This document shows, one piece after another, positions 63,959-64,000 of a stretch of 64,000 nucleotides of DNA. Under the pieces are notes generated by a model. That model was given only the letters and a program-made list of their open reading frames with translations, did no database searches and was not told where the DNA came from. Location: the NCBI GenBank assembly GCA_965247265.1, contig OZ252002.1:2108863-2172862 (forward strand). Reading direction: 5' to 3'. How positions within the stretch are numbered: the stretch's first letter is position 1; each line of letters opens with the position of its first letter. Source of the stretch: Gammaproteobacteria bacterium. GTDB taxonomy: Bacteria > Pseudomonadota > Gammaproteobacteria > UBA4575. A program made the translations under genes and the position numbers.

Positions 63959-64000
63959 GAATTTATTTATAATCTTTGGTTCAAAACTTTCGATTTTTGA

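Overview
This is an AT-rich (~38% GC) window from a gammaproteobacterial chromosome. The gene content and codon usage are consistent with Legionellales, but the organism is not identified. Positions 1-43 kb are mostly core housekeeping genes: prc, moeB-mobAB, gltA, metX, dsbB, mug, a sodium:solute symporter, msrB, fadBA, ATP sulfurylase, an ECF sigma/anti-sigma pair and an M23 peptidase. Around 43 kb there is a lexA-dinB-orfX SOS cassette. From about 43 kb the window is accessory. The most interesting block is an orphan RiPP-tailoring-like locus (43.3-46.3 kb). It has two tandem small paralogous peptide genes that share an RRKFLK (twin-arginine-like) N-terminal region and have divergent tails that both end in Ser. 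These sit next to a PqqD(RRE)-HPr-kinase-like fusion gene that is frameshifted and an intact NTP_transf_5 nucleotidyltransferase, the same gene set seen in lasso-peptide C-terminal Ser kinase clusters, but with no cyclase or protease. Downstream of this are decayed genes: a FadL-like outer membrane protein, a CcoP-like cytochrome c and a multiply frameshifted PAS-GGDEF-EAL gene. There is also an 8.7-kb islet bounded by two direct 3' fragments of a tRNA-Arg(UCG). It carries an FNR-like regulator with FNR boxes, c-type cytochromes, GST-like paralogs, a truncated haemoglobin and a P19 protein. A previously unnoticed family of ~32-bp hairpin (palindromic) repeats has 11 copies, all confined to 50-61 kb. 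No rRNA, complete tRNA or CRISPR array was seen.
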